NCBI GenBank assembly: GCA_016748015.1
Contig: JAAOMT010000134.1
Span: 1,184,757-1,248,756, forward strand
Origin: Geosiphon pyriformis uo1
Taxonomy: Eukaryota; Fungi; Glomeromycota
DNA length: 64,000 nucleotides
Reading direction: 5' to 3'
Shown: positions 11,803 to 25,000 of the stretch, piece by piece
How the letters are laid out: each line of letters starts with the position of its first letter
How positions within the stretch are numbered: the stretch's first letter is position 1
Notes under the pieces: generated by a model
Seen by the model: the letters and a program-made list of their open reading frames with translations, nothing else
The model's database searches: none
Told to the model about the DNA's origin: nothing
Translations under genes and position numbers: made by a program

Positions 11803-14800
11803 ATAATTTTATCTGAAAAATTGCTATGTGTAATGTTTGAGGGATAAACAATTTAACTAAACAAAAAAATATAATAAGGTGACATATTGAGTCTAACAAT
11901 TGGGTTTCTTTTCTCACTAAAACTAAGCTAAAATGTCAGGCTCAACTTTGGATTAAGAATAAGTTTCAGGGTGTAAAAGTTTTTGTTTCTGAATTGAATA
12001 CTAGATACATGAGTGCTGGAATAGTTATTGTGTTAAATGATTCTTTGGCTCAGCATGTTTACAAGATCTTTAAGATTCTGGGTTATTTTGTTTTAGTTTG
12101 TTTACTATTTGGCAATAGAATTTTGGTAACATTAATTGGTTTGTATGCTGGTGTTTCAGCTGATATGTGGTTTGATTAGGCCAACATAGTAAACTCTTTT
12201 ATTGTCCAAGCAATCAATTTGAGCTCTTATGTTGTATTGGATGGTGATTTCAATAAAAATAGAATAAAATGCAGTGCCAGTTTTAAGAAGTGTTTTAATC
12301 TGGATTTATGTAACTTTTTTTCTAATGGCACAGCTTCTAAGCTATTAACATGGTTCAATTCTCAGAATGTAAAAAAAACCATTGACTATATTTTTGTCAG
12401 TAAACACCTTTTTTCTTCTGTAATGGCTTAGAGTATGGGAAGTGTGACTGGATTTTTTAATACTAACCATAATTCTATTATGGTCGATCTTGGTCTTAGT
12501 GGTTTATTGAATAAACATTTGCTTATAATTTATAAGCAAGCTAACAAGAACTGTTAAAAATTTAAAGTTAAAGATCTGAATAATACCAATTGGTTTTGTT
12601 TTCAAAATAGTGTTTCTACTAGTATGCTTGAGGTCTTAAGTAGTTTTGATATTACAAAAAGTTTAGAAGATTTAGACACTATGTGGAAAATTTTGAAAAG
12701 AGTGATAATCAACTCAACTGATGAAAATCTTTCTAAACAATGGTTTAATAATTTTGGTTACTCAAAGAATAAAAAATTTTCAAAATTTTTTAACATAAAA
12801 ATGCTAGTTTCTAAGATAGTAAAAAGTATAGTAGTAGACAATTTGTTAATATCTAATTGTTTTATTAAGAAATAGTTGAGTCTAGATAATAAAGAGGCTT
12901 CAAAAATTGCAGATATGTTTTGTGGTAGTATAGAAGTGAGTAAAGTTTTGAGATAGCTGTTTTTGATTAGAAAAAGGTACAAAAAATCCAAATATTGTGA
13001 ATCTAAAGCAGTAAAAGATACAGTCATAAAAAAGACAATTGAGAAGCACATGAACAATTTTAGTTCAAACAAAGGCAACATAATAAGGAGTATTCTGGAA
13101 CATTTTTTTTGCAAAGTTGTTCTGGATTATTTGGTGATTGGAGATAAGTTGGTTCTAAAACTTAATCAGATAAAAGATAGGGTAGATGGGATTATGGTTG
13201 ATTAGATAAGAGAACATAAGGTACAATTGGTGCTTCCTACTGTGTGGTCTTGCCAATATGTGCCCTTGAGCTATATTAGTAAAAATGTCTTCTTTGATGT
13301 AATGGATGTAATCAGTATGAGTGAATTAATTTAAGTTGTTAGTAACTTGCCTGAGAGCAAAGTGGCTGATTTATCTGGAATTTCTAATGAACTATAGAAA
13401 CATTGTGGTAATGTAATATTAGATTGCTTATTATGTCTGTTGAATTCTTGTTTATCTCATAAAGATATTCCTGATCTCCAGAAGAAGGCATGTATCTCAA
13501 TGATCCCCAAGCCATATGAGTAAAAAAGTGTTTTGATGAATACAAGACCTATTGCTTTAATTAAAACAGCTAAAAAAATTCTTTCAAAAATTTTATTGGA
13601 TCACATCTTTTTTTTTCCAAAGTACAATGTCTTTTGTGATAACAATTTTTCTGTTTTAAAGAGCATTTCAACTCAGTCTCTTGTGTTTGTTGTTGGCTTA
13701 ATAGTAAAAGATGCTCTAAAAAAAAGCCATAAGATTTGGTTTGTCTTTCAAAATATACAAAAAACATATGATTCAGTAGGATGACATTATCTGAAGGCTA
13801 GTTTGAAACATATTAGAATATGTGACAGATTCATAAAGTTTTTTGAATACACACATAAAAGCAGAGTTAACAAAGTGATGACTGATTTTGGTCTTTCCAA
13901 TAATTACAGAGTATTAAATAGACTTGATTAGGACAAGATGTTCTCACTGCTTCTTTAGAGAATTTTTTATGATTCTTTGTTGTGTGAGGTCAAAAGACAG
14001 AAACATTTATGTGGTTACAGAATTAATATGAACTTTGTGACAAGAATGAGCAGATTAGAATCTAGTGGAAGCAGGTCTTTTTTTTTGTAGCAAGAATAAC
14101 ACAATTTGGATAGGAAATAGTTAGACTTTGATGCAACACATTTTGGATATTGCTAATAAGTTTTTCAGAATAAATGACATTTCCATTAACAATAATAAAA
14201 CAGTAACTATTCCTATTAATCAAAAGATCAATAATGCTTCCTTACATATTTGTAAACAGCCTATCTTAATAACCAAGTGCAGTAAACATTATTAATACTT
14301 GGAAATCTATCTTTCTATAAAAAGCATATTCAAATCTAGTTTTGCCAAAGCACAGTCTAATGTCAAGTTCTTCTTAAATTTGGTTCTTAGGAAGACTGTA
14401 TCTGATAAACAATTTTTATATCTGGTCTTGGCTGTTTTATAGCCTATTATTAGCTACTGAACACAATTTAGCTTTGTTTCTAAAGTGATGTGTCAAAGAT
14501 GAAATGTTATTATGAAAAAGAGGCTAAGATCAAAAGCCTGTTTGTCCAGAGATTTCTTCAACAAGGTCTTGTATCATTCATCTTTTTATGGTTTAAAGAC
14601 ATTCATATAGTTACAGACTAAGAGTAAAATTGTTGCATTGATGGTATTTGCTAACTCATCTGGGATCTTTAAGTAGTTGTTTGAGCATTATTTTTTGGAT
14701 TTGCAGATTTTGAGATGAACCTTTGTAAATTCTCTACAACATTCTGTTAGATTAACAGTCAATTCTTCAAATAACTTTCTTGCAAATACAATAAGAGTGC

Positions 14801-16469
14801 TTTTAGACAACAAAATCTCCTTGGTTAATAATTTTCCCAGTGCATTTCATGGTTTTGGCTACTTTTCTATGTCTGAGATTTTGGGAGATCATTTTTATTT
14901 TAGTGTGATTTGCTCTTTGAAGCATTTTAGTGTTGTTTTTGGTAATATATTACTTGATAAATGTGAAGTGTTAATGGGGTGAAAAATTTTTCATTACTGG
15001 AAGAAACTAGATCCTAGAAGTCCAGCTCCTTTGTAATTCAAGAGAGCTTTATCTTATATGAGCAAACTTCCAGTTGTTTCTGTTGTATCAGTTTTTGATT
15101 TGGGTTATTTGGATCTATTGCATTTGGATGTCTTTTTGAATATTCATAATAGTTTACATGAACTGTAGACAGGTAACTTCAGTATATATACAGATGGCTC
15201 TTTGAAACACTTAGGTATGTTAAAAGTTTCTGGTAAAACAGTGGCTTATTTTTTGGACATTGGGATGGACATAGATATTAAGATACATAGGCTGTTATCT
15301 TCTATATTAACTGAATTGCAAATGATAACCTTAGTTTTGGAGTATGTTTCTTTTAATTGCTTTATAGTTGTGCACTCAGACAGTTAAGCTACATTGAATG
15401 TATGTGTTTCAGAACTTATGCTAGATTATCTGAATTTTCATAATAAGTGCTGAGTAGAAAGACATCATATTGCTAATTTAATCAGAACTAAAAACATTTT
15501 TGTTAAGTAAATGAAGATTAAAGGGCATTCAGAAGTTTCAGACAATAATAAAGCTAATATTCTGGCAAGTGAAACTGCATATTTTGGTTTGTTGCCTCCT
15601 ATGGGAATTTATAAAAAATTTATAATGGCTAATAACCAAATTGTTTCTGAAAATATTCACTATTTGTTCAAAATGTTTATTAGTCTGTGCATTATACTTA
15701 ATAGAAAACTGGTCCTGGTGCCAAGATAGTAGATGAATCTTTGATTGCAGATATTAATTGAATTGGTACTGCTGCAGTTTGGCATCCAGATTCACACATG
15801 CTGGCTGAGTTCATGAGCAGAACTTCTGTCATTCTTCATACTTATATAATAAAGACTGTTTACAGAAAACTGCCAACTGTGATAAGGAAGAAACTCTATA
15901 ACAGAGCATATTCAAGTGTGTTATGTCTGTTTTGTGATAACATTAAACTACCCAATCATGTTTTTACTTGTCCAAAAGACTCTAATGCACAGACTAACAT
16001 TTTATTGGATTATGTTAAGCTCTGGAAATTTCTGACAAATGGTAGCTACACATTGTCTTCTAGAATGTTATATTTGCTTCTTTCTAGAATCTCAGATATT
16101 GGTGTTTACATGGTTTTGTGTAAGAGTTTTGTTTTTAAAAAATGAATGAATAAGATAGTTAATGTTTTCAATAATTAGAAAAAAATGCTGTTAGTGGTAA
16201 TTGATTTTGTTCATAGTTTGGCTAAAAGGCATCAGAATAAGTTGTGGTTGTTTAAGACTAAATTCAGAGTAGGATTGAAGAAAACTGGTCTAACTAAAGA
16301 TATTAGCTTGATTGATGTGGCTTTGGATGAAAATTCAGATCTTTTGTCTGTAGAAACTGTTTAACTGCTTAGTATTTTTAAATTTTTTGCTGTTAATTTT
16401 GGTTTGTGTAAGTTGTGCACTTTTTTTTCAAATATTGATAATAATGTAAAAGTTTTTATAAATGTATAG
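11799..16469 (+). pseudogene. LINE ORF2 (APE-RT-RNase H-CCHC), multiple stops and frameshifts
   Basis: APE motifs KIAMCNV, TKTKL, GDFN, IDYIFVS, TNH. RT motifs TRPIALI, QKTYDSVG. RNase H motifs IYTDGSL, ELQ, HSDS, KIKGHS. C-terminal finger CLFC..NHVFTC. Confidence 0.9.
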
Positions 16470-17317
16470 TATAGTCTGAACTGGTCCAAGTGGCTGGTCA
16501 CATGTAGCAAGCACATAAGTCACATTTAGTTGGATTTTTTTATTATGTTTCTGTATACTAGATAGTGGTTAGACCACACTTGTTAATAAATAAATAAATA
16601 ATATTGGGTAAATTAAATTAATAATTTGAAATAAAAAAGTTTTTGTCATTATTGTATTATATATAAACAAATAGTTTATGAAAAAATTCAATAAAATATT
16701 ATGTAAAGTATTAATCAAAATTAGCCAAAAAATTAAGATTTATTTATATTATTAGTATTATTTATTTATTAAATAATAAAGCAAAATATTATTTAAATAA
16801 TATTATTTAAATTAATATATAATAGAATAATAATATTACCAATAAAAATAAAAATAACAATATATTTAAATAACTAATAATTAAAGTTATATTTTAAAAA
16901 ATACTATTAAAATAGACATATAACTTAATAGAAACATTAAAAAACAAAAAAAAAGCAGCTAATAATATTAAAATATTACAAGAAAAAAAAACATAATTAA
17001 TTATTAAACAAATTAATTAAATTTAAGATTAAAAACAAAATACTATTATATTATATTAAAGTAAAAAATTTAAAATAAGACAGTTTTTTTATATTAAAAA
17101 AATATTTAAAAATAAAGCATATAAATTATAATTAGAAAACAAAATTTTAATCAAAACAATATATAATAATTAATTAAAATTATACTATACTAAATTATTA
17201 ATATATTTAATATATTACAATTAAAAATACAAAAAATATTGATTAAATCAAATAAAATTTTATAAGATTCAAAACCAATTATTATCATTAAAACTAATAT
17301 ATTACAAAATAAAAAAA

Positions 17318-19577
17318 AAACTCTTTATCTTCTTAATTTTATGACCACAACCAAAACAAAGAGTAAAAAAGCTGTACCTGATATCTGTTCTGAGATATCT
17401 AATAAAATTTCAACCAGAGGAGCTCTCTCTATTGTAGAAGCAACTAGGCAAAACGTTTTAGAAGCCTTTTTCTTACTCAATAACTGTAATAAACTGCCTT
17501 TGGTGGCCACTAAAGCAACTTCCTTATCTTTGACTGGTTTCTTACCAGTCAAAGTTCCCTCAAAGAAACACACTTGTGTTAGTCCCAGTGTTGCCTCCAC
17601 CCCAACCAAGAGCCCAAAAGTTTTTAATAATAGACCAGTAAATAAGCTGGTTTTTCTCTCCATAGATTCAACATTTGGTGCTGCTAGTACCACCTCTTCA
17701 AAAAAAATGGTCAAAAAGACCAAAAGTTTAGAAAAGTGGGAGCAGCCACTTGCCTCTGCTATTGTTACACCAAACCTCTTTGTGGTTTCCAATAAGATCT
17801 CCATAGTATCATCTGGCACATCATCTAAGATGGGCCAAGATTATCTACTGGCTGTATTGCCAAATGTGGTGTCTTCTGGCAGATCTTTGCCAATTCTAGA
17901 AGCAAAACAATCTTTTCTTGTTGGGTCACCTGTTCTTGAGAACTGGGCTGATTAGATAGAAACTGAATCATCTCCTTTTCCAGTTTCTGGTGCTACTTTT
18001 GATGGTGCCTGAAAAACTATTTCTAGTTGTCAAAGATTTGCTGGGTGAGTGGTCTCCACTCTGGTGCCTGGTGCTACTTTTAAGATCAAATTGGTTCATG
18101 TTAAGGCTGTTTTTTAGTTGGTACATGGTTTCTTGGGTGCAAAGTCAGTATTAAAGGACAATGTAAAGCTGTTTTATGTGGAGTTTGCTTCTTAGGTGTC
18201 TTTGGAAGCTGTATTTTTGGTTGAGCTTACAAGTTTTGTACATTTGACCACTCTCAAAATTGCCAAGTTCTTGGTAATTTCTGAGTCTGGTTTCCCTTCT
18301 GCTGCTGTTGTGCTGCATGATGTGCCCTTGGGTGTGTCTGCTGCTAATATTAAGATGGCTCTTAGTGTGTTTGATAGTATTACTTATGTTGTGCTGAAGC
18401 CTGCTGGCATTTGGCAGTATGTAGTGGTTTATTTTGAAAAATTAGACTCTGCTATGTCTGCTTTGAATCATTAGTTAGTTTTGGTGGACAAGGGTAGTAT
18501 TAGAATCCTTCCTCTGGTTAATCAAAATAAAACTATTTTGTCTTATGATAAGTTTAAGGCCAAGTTGGTCAATCTTCTTTCTGGATGCACAGCTTTTGAG
18601 ATTAGTGATATGATTTTTCAAGTTGGTGGTCAGACATGTTTTATCCCTTGTTCTTCTAAGTCTGGTTATTGTTCCCAGTTTGCTCTGGTTACATTTGGTT
18701 CCCAAGCTGATTTGGACTCTGCTATTGTCAAAACTGGTATGTTGAAAAAATGCCATATTTGGTGAAAAACTCCTGGTTGTCAGTGTTGTTTCAAGTGTCA
18801 AGAGATGAGCCATCTGGCTGCAAACTGTAAGGTTTTTTCACCTTCCTCTCCCAAGCTTTCCAAGATGTTTACACCATGTTTTGTTGGTCCTAAGTCTTAT
18901 GCTAAGACTTCTGCTCCCTTAAGCTCTTCTGGATTTTTACCTCTTTTATCTCTTGTTTTTTCTTCTGTTGCTGTTGATGATCCTCTGGTGTTGTCCCGAT
19001 TGTCTTTTTTGGAGTCTGATTTAACTAAGCTTTCTGTTTTGGTTGAGTCTATTGTTAAGTCTATTGGCTTTTTGGTTGCAACTTTTGAGCAGTTTATTAA
19101 TGGTGATTTGGTTTCAAGTAGTGCTTTCGGTCTTAAGATTAATAAGATTTTGGTACATATGGGTTCCTTTAGTAAAACTGTTGGTAAATTGGAGAGGGAA
19201 GTGGTTTCTTTAAAAAAGGAATGCTGCATAGAAAACATTGATATATCTGGTGATTCAGAGCTTTCACCTATTGTAAGTGATAAGGTGTTTTCCAATCTAA
19301 TGTTCTTTTGGGAACATGAGTCTGTTGTTGTTAAAACTGATCCCTTTAAAACTGCCAAGTGACTGGTTGGTTTGGTTTCTTGCAGTGCAATTTTGTTTTC
19401 TGTCATTCAAAAGATATCATCTTTGGGCAAGTTTTCTTTTGTAGCATCAGCATAGTGTGTTCTTGATTGGTCTGAGTGACTAGTCACATGTAGAAAGCAC
19501 ATGATTAACATCTAGTTTAGATTATTTCTTTGATGTATAATATTAGATTGTTTTTGGGCTGCACTCGTTAAGTAAAT

Positions 19578-19610
<33 letters not shown>
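17318..19610 (+). mobile_element. ORF1-only non-autonomous non-LTR element (half-LINE, copy E1)
   Basis: About 25-nt pyrimidine-rich 5'UTR and a single gag-like ORF at 17341-19455 (CFKCQEMSHLAANC knuckle). The stop is followed directly by the LINE-A/B/C 3' tail. Flanked by a probable TSD atatattac(c)aaaata. Confidence 0.85.

Positions 19611-19611
<1 letters not shown>
19580..19611. repeat. (AT)n microsatellite at the tail/TSD of E1
   Basis: Directly visible. Confidence 0.9.
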
Positions 19612-19612
<1 letters not shown>

Positions 19613-20107
19613 CCAAAATATAAAAAACAGCCAACAAAATAAAAATTATAAATAATATTTACTTTATTATTTAATAAGTATAAAAATATAAAATTAAACA
19701 TAGAAATAACAATTAACAGTCAAAAAATTTGCTATAAAAATACTTAAAAAAAAGAATAACATAAATATTTTCATATAATAAACTATAAATACAGTTAAAC
19801 AACTATGTAAAAAAAATTATTAAAAAAGTAAAAAAAATTTTCAAAAATTTATTAATAATAATATAATTCAGAAAAACAACCAAAAAAGTCAAAAAATAAC
19901 AATTTTTAATAATATATTTTAAAATAACAGTTAATTATTTATATATTGTATATTAATCAATTAAAAAATATATTTAACAAAACAATAGTATAGCAAATAA
20001 AATATTTTATTAAAAAAAACAACTTAATACTTTATTTAAAAACTATATATTAATTATATTTAATGTTTTAAGAATATAATAAAATATTATTATACTTAAC
20101 TATAAAA

Positions 20108-20597
20108 TTGCAAAAATTTTGTCTTTAATGATTGGCTACAAGAGACCATGTTCATCTTTGGAGATTTAAAGATTACAAGTCAGAAGATAATAGGCTTTAT
20201 ACATGATTTCTGTTTTGTTTTCAGAGATAAAGTTTAGACTGTTTGTACAAAACATCATGTATTTATGAAAAAAATAGACTGATATTATTTGATGGTTCAG
20301 CTTTGGTCTTGGTCTCTGGACTGCTCTTAGTGCTTTCTGCTAGTGTGGTTAGGTTGCTTGGTATTGCTGAAGCATTTGGTACTAGTTTTGGGTTTTATAA
20401 GTCTTGCTTGTTTTTTTCAGGTATTGGGAATCCTATTTCTGTTTACATAAATGTATAGCATTGTTCTGATTGGCTTAAGTGGCTGGTTATATGTAGAAAA
20501 TGCATGATTCATACTTAGTTTAGATTAATTACTTGATGTATTATACTAGACAGTGTTTGGACTTTACTTATTAAATATTAATAATAATAAAAAAAAA
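20108..20597 (+). mobile_element. Short 5'-truncated LINE copy (ORF2 C-terminus plus 3' tail)
   Basis: ..CKNFVFNDW..VVRLLGIAEAFGTSFG..VYINV* matches the ends of LINE-A/B/C. Tail plus A-rich end. TSD aactataaaa. Confidence 0.85.
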
Positions 20598-21305
20598 CTA
20601 TAAAAATTTTAACAATAAACCAACCAGAAAAAATAACCAATTTATAATTTAAAAACTAAAAACAGAAATTTTTAATACTATAATAAAAAAAATACTTAAA
20701 TATATTCAAAAAAAAATCTGGTAGATTTTACTAAAGCTTAATATTAAAAAATAATAAATAAAAAAATATTATAATTAATTAATAATATATTATAAATTAT
20801 TAAAATACTTAATATTAGAAATTTTAAAAATATTAACAAAAATTTCAGAAATTTCAACAATAATTCAAAAAAAGTAAAAAAATTATTAAAAATTATAAAA
20901 ATTTTGTATTATATAGATTTATATATATAATAATAATAACAGAAAAAACAAAAAAAATTAATGTAATTATATATTTTAAGTAAAAAAAAACAAATTTTAA
21001 GCTTGTTTTTACAAATAATCTTAAAAGTTTTAACTTTTTAATAAGATTTATTATATCTAAAAAGTTTAATAAAAATTTATTTAAGTAACTTTAATAGTTA
21101 AAAATCTAGAACATAAAATAAATATTTATTTAATAAATTATTATTTCAAAGTATTTAATAATTAAATTTATATCTATCTTGTTAAATATTATTTATTTAA
21201 AAATTAATGCCAATAATATTAATAATATTAAATTTCTGTTTATTATACAAAAAACTTTTAGATATAATTAATAATATAAAAATATTAATTTATAAACTAA
21301 TATAT

Positions 21306-22027
21306 TGTTATGGTTAAAACCTGTACTTTTTATTAGTTATCATATGTATTAGCCACTAATGTTATATAATTAGCCATTCTATTTTTAGATAGTGATTATT
21401 GACCTGATTAATAACTTGACTATTGACCTAATTATTAACCTAATTAATAATTTGATTATTGATCTAGTTATTGATCTGATCATTGATCACTTTCAATAGC
21501 TATATAAGCAATAAGTCTCTTAGTTGTAAAAAAACATAATTAAAATAATGAAATAAAGCCTACTATTAATTACTTCCTTTTATATTACTTATTCCCTTTT
21601 TTCTACTTTTAAGTATCTGAACATCTTGGAATAAAAGATTACTTGTTGGTATTCACATATCTTATCTTTTTTTTTTGATTTGTATTTGTTAAAATTAGTC
21701 TGAGAAGCAATTGCTTGTTCTTGTAATTCATTGAATAAAAAAACAATTGAAAAACACAATAATATCTGTTATTAATTTTAAAAATTGCTAAGTGAGACAT
21801 AGAATAATAGCAGTGGTGTTATCTTATTGACAATTATGGACTATTTTTTTATCTTCAAATTTCCAAAAAAGATTTACAACTGTAATTTTTATAAGACTGA
21901 TTACATATATTGAATCCTTACTTATTTAATTTACTTTTATATTGTAATTTTCTCTTTGATTATTTCCATCACCCTACAATTCTGTTCTCTCTTGCTATTC
22001 ATTAGCTTGTTACTTCAATCTGTAACA
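21306..22027 (+). repeat. 5' LTR of G1
   Basis: TGTTATGG..GTAACA ends. Contains 12-bp ATTGACCTGATC-type tandem repeats followed by CTATATAAG (TATA-like). Confidence 0.92.
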
Positions 22028-22033
22028 TAAAAG

Positions 22034-22052
22034 TAGTGTTCTCTGTGAGGTT
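22034..22052 (+). promoter_or_regulatory. Putative degenerate tRNA primer-binding site
   Basis: TAGTGTTCTCTGTGAGG lies 6 nt after the LTR and can be read as a transition-mutated TGGTGCTCTCTGTGAGG. The primer tRNA cannot be identified reliably. Confidence 0.45.
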
Positions 22053-25000
22053 GTCAAAATTCACTTTGTTTCTATTATATGGGTAATTATTCATACTTGC
22101 TATAACAATCAGATAAATACTTTGAAACACACAATAAAAACAATCTAGATTTTATTGAACTCAATCTTTTGCTCTTCTGCTTGATTTGCTTTTTCATTAA
22201 AGAACAATCCAGTAGACAATTCCAAGACTTTTGGAACTGGTTTTTGAATGAGCATTCAGCTAAAACCTATACAGTCTATACAATCTATTACTTTAACCAA
22301 GCTTATTTTAAAGACAACTTTGAAGAAAAAAATAACAGCATCAATTAGCTTTTATACTCCACAACTTTTAAACAACAGTCTTCTAATTCTGAATACCTAA
22401 ATTACCAAATTCATATTTGGATTACTGCCTATCAGCTAGCTAAAACTCCCTTTGAAACAGAAGAAAAAAGCTATTAAACTGCTTCTGTTTTTGATCTTTT
22501 TTCAAGTGAATCAGAACATTCTACACAAACAGCTACTTTTAAATCAATGACTAATAATCCTATACAACAAAACATTCTGGCCATCCTCCAAGACATACAA
22601 ACTGCTTTAAGACAAAAAAATAATATCCTATTATCTTTACTTAGAGGTGATACATAAGACCCAATTAAATGGTTAGATGATTTTGAAAGAGCAGCTACTG
22701 CCAATTAATATAATGCTGAGTATAAGTTGTAAATTGTTGGTGGCTATCTCCAAAGCTTTTTTGCTACTTGGTTCTTACAAAAAACTAATGCTGGTGCTCA
22801 TTAAAAGATTATTAGATGGATACCAGCAAATACTGAAGAAGAAAATACCTCTTTCACAACCTGGTTTGAAACTAAATTTAAAACTCTTATTTTAATTTCA
22901 AAATGGCATATGAAATTAGAAAGAATAACCCAAGATTCTGGTAAAGTTATAACTGAATATGCCAAAGCAATCAGAAAGTTAATTAAGTGAGTAGACTCTG
23001 AAAGAAACTAGACAAAAGAGCAAAAAATTCACTTCTTTACAAAAAAATTGAGAACTGATTTTTTATATGCTCTTTGGTCTCTTCTGGCTCTAAAAAATAA
23101 TCTAACAATGAATATGGCCATTGAACTAGCCTAATGAATTGAAAACAACCAAAGAATGCACTTGGAATTCACACTTCTAATTTTTGCTTTTGCTCCTGTT
23201 ATGATTCCTGTTCTCCAAATAGCTGCTACTTCTTTTGTTGCTCAAATTCAAGACTCAAATAAACAGTTAATAGATAAACTCACAGCCAATCTTGTCCAAT
23301 TACTGGAATCCTTAACTCAAGCAGTCAAAAATAACTGGCAATCACAAAAACCCAGATTTAAATTCTATTTTAATTAGTCCCAACAACCCCCTTATTAAAG
23401 ACAACAAAATTATAATCCACTTGTGTATTATTACTATGGATTAACTAGACATTTTTCCAAAAATTGCAACAATTCTTCTCTGTTTTCTTTAATTCCTAGA
23501 AATAATAATAATTAAAACAACAGAACCAACAACAATAAGGCTTTCAATCAAAAACCTAAATATGCCAACATCAATTTTTTTGATGAAAATTTCTTAGTTA
23601 AAGCTACTGTTTATTAGTTTTTAAATTAGTAGATGTATCTCCAAAAATGAAAGTGTAATCCAACCAGAAGAAAATCTTTTTTATGCTTTTAACTTAACTA
23701 ATAATGATCATGATATAGATAAACTAGCAATTAACACTTCTAAATTAACAAGAAAAAAAAAAGATCAAGATTGATTTCATTCTGAATCTAAACAAAGCAT
23801 CTATATTAACTGCTAATAATAATAAGCCACCAAAAACTAAAGTTTTTAAGAATTCTTCAAAGTTGGAATTCCCAAAAATCTTGTCTTTATTCTGTTGTCA
23901 AAAATCTTATAGAAACCCCAGTTCACATAATCTTTGGCCAATTAATGACCCATCTACAATTCAGAAAAGATCTTCACAAATCTTTGATTCTAAAAAAAAA
24001 GACACCAAAAACTAACAAGTGTCCTCACCAAGCTAAACTTGTTAACAACAGCAATATTACTTCTCTGATTTGCAAAGCCCAAGTGGCTGGCTACTTTATT
24101 AATCTGATCTTAGACAATAGATTATTTGTTAGTGTTATTGTTAAACATTTTCTTAAAGCAATTGGCAGAAAAATTGATGAATTCTCAACTAAACCAATAA
24201 CCAATATACATGATGACAAAAAGAAAAATTTGGACATAGCCAAAGCTGTTCTTGTTTATATTAATGATATCAGTATTGAAACTAACATAAAAGTATTTGA
24301 AGCAAAAAAGTATATTATTATTGTTGGTAATGAATGGCTTAAAAAAGCCAAAGTATTACTTGACTATGAACTTTGTGAGTTAATTATTAGATGTGATGAG
24401 AAGCCCATTGTGGTTAAGTGTTGTCATTGGACAACTCCTCCAGTAATCAAGCAGAATTAAAAAGATAAGCAATTAAATAAATCAGATAATGAAGAAAGTG
24501 ATGAAAAAAAAGATCAAAAAAAACAAAAAAAAACTGCTGAACTTACCTATATTATCTTTACTAACAATGGCAAGCCACTAGATAATGTTAAAGCTAACAA
24601 AGAAAAAATCATTGTAAATGGCAAGCTAATCTGTTGGTCTTACTATAATATCCTCAGAAGAACCTTCGATAAAAAATCTGGCAAGAAAGCAAAATACAGT
24701 TATTGGTGGCATGACTCTTATGTTTAGTGCTGGTGTAATAAACTCTTGTATTTTCTTAATAATGAATACAAATCCTGCCTAATCTACTACAAAGATTGGA
24801 AATTTATTAGCCTAATAGCAAAAAAAAAACTAAGAGAAGTACAAAAGTCCTTTGAAAATAAATCATCTGAGATTCAATCACTTGTAGTAAAACAAAAAAA
24901 CCCTTTCCAAAAGAAAAAAAAATAAACATTGAAAATCTGTTGGCTAAAAATAACCCAGTTATTTCAAAAAAAAGTGATATTTTTGGATGAATTCATGTGA

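Larger units (their letters stand above)
9802..16600 (+). mobile_element. Full-length degenerate LINE (LINE-B): 5'UTR, ORF1, ORF2 (APE endonuclease-RT-RNase H-zinc finger), 3' tail
   Basis: The 5'UTR aligns with 40459-40607. ORF1 and ORF2 are both recognisable. Ends in the shared 3' tail followed by (TAAA)n. Confidence 0.92.

Noticed and set aside
3865-16469. Alternative genetic code (many in-frame TGA/TAG/TAA at Trp/Gln/Arg positions)
   Set aside because: The stops are copy-specific G>A/C>T products of TGG, CAR and CGA. Host genes use the standard code.
19465-19485. tRNA A-box-like TGGTCCGAGTGG in the shared 3' tail (tRNA/SINE origin)
   Set aside because: No convincing B-box or cloverleaf, so it is not called as a tRNA gene.
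21395-21490. Regularly spaced short repeats that could be taken for a CRISPR array
   Set aside because: They are head-to-tail 12-mers with no unique spacers, inside a eukaryotic LTR.
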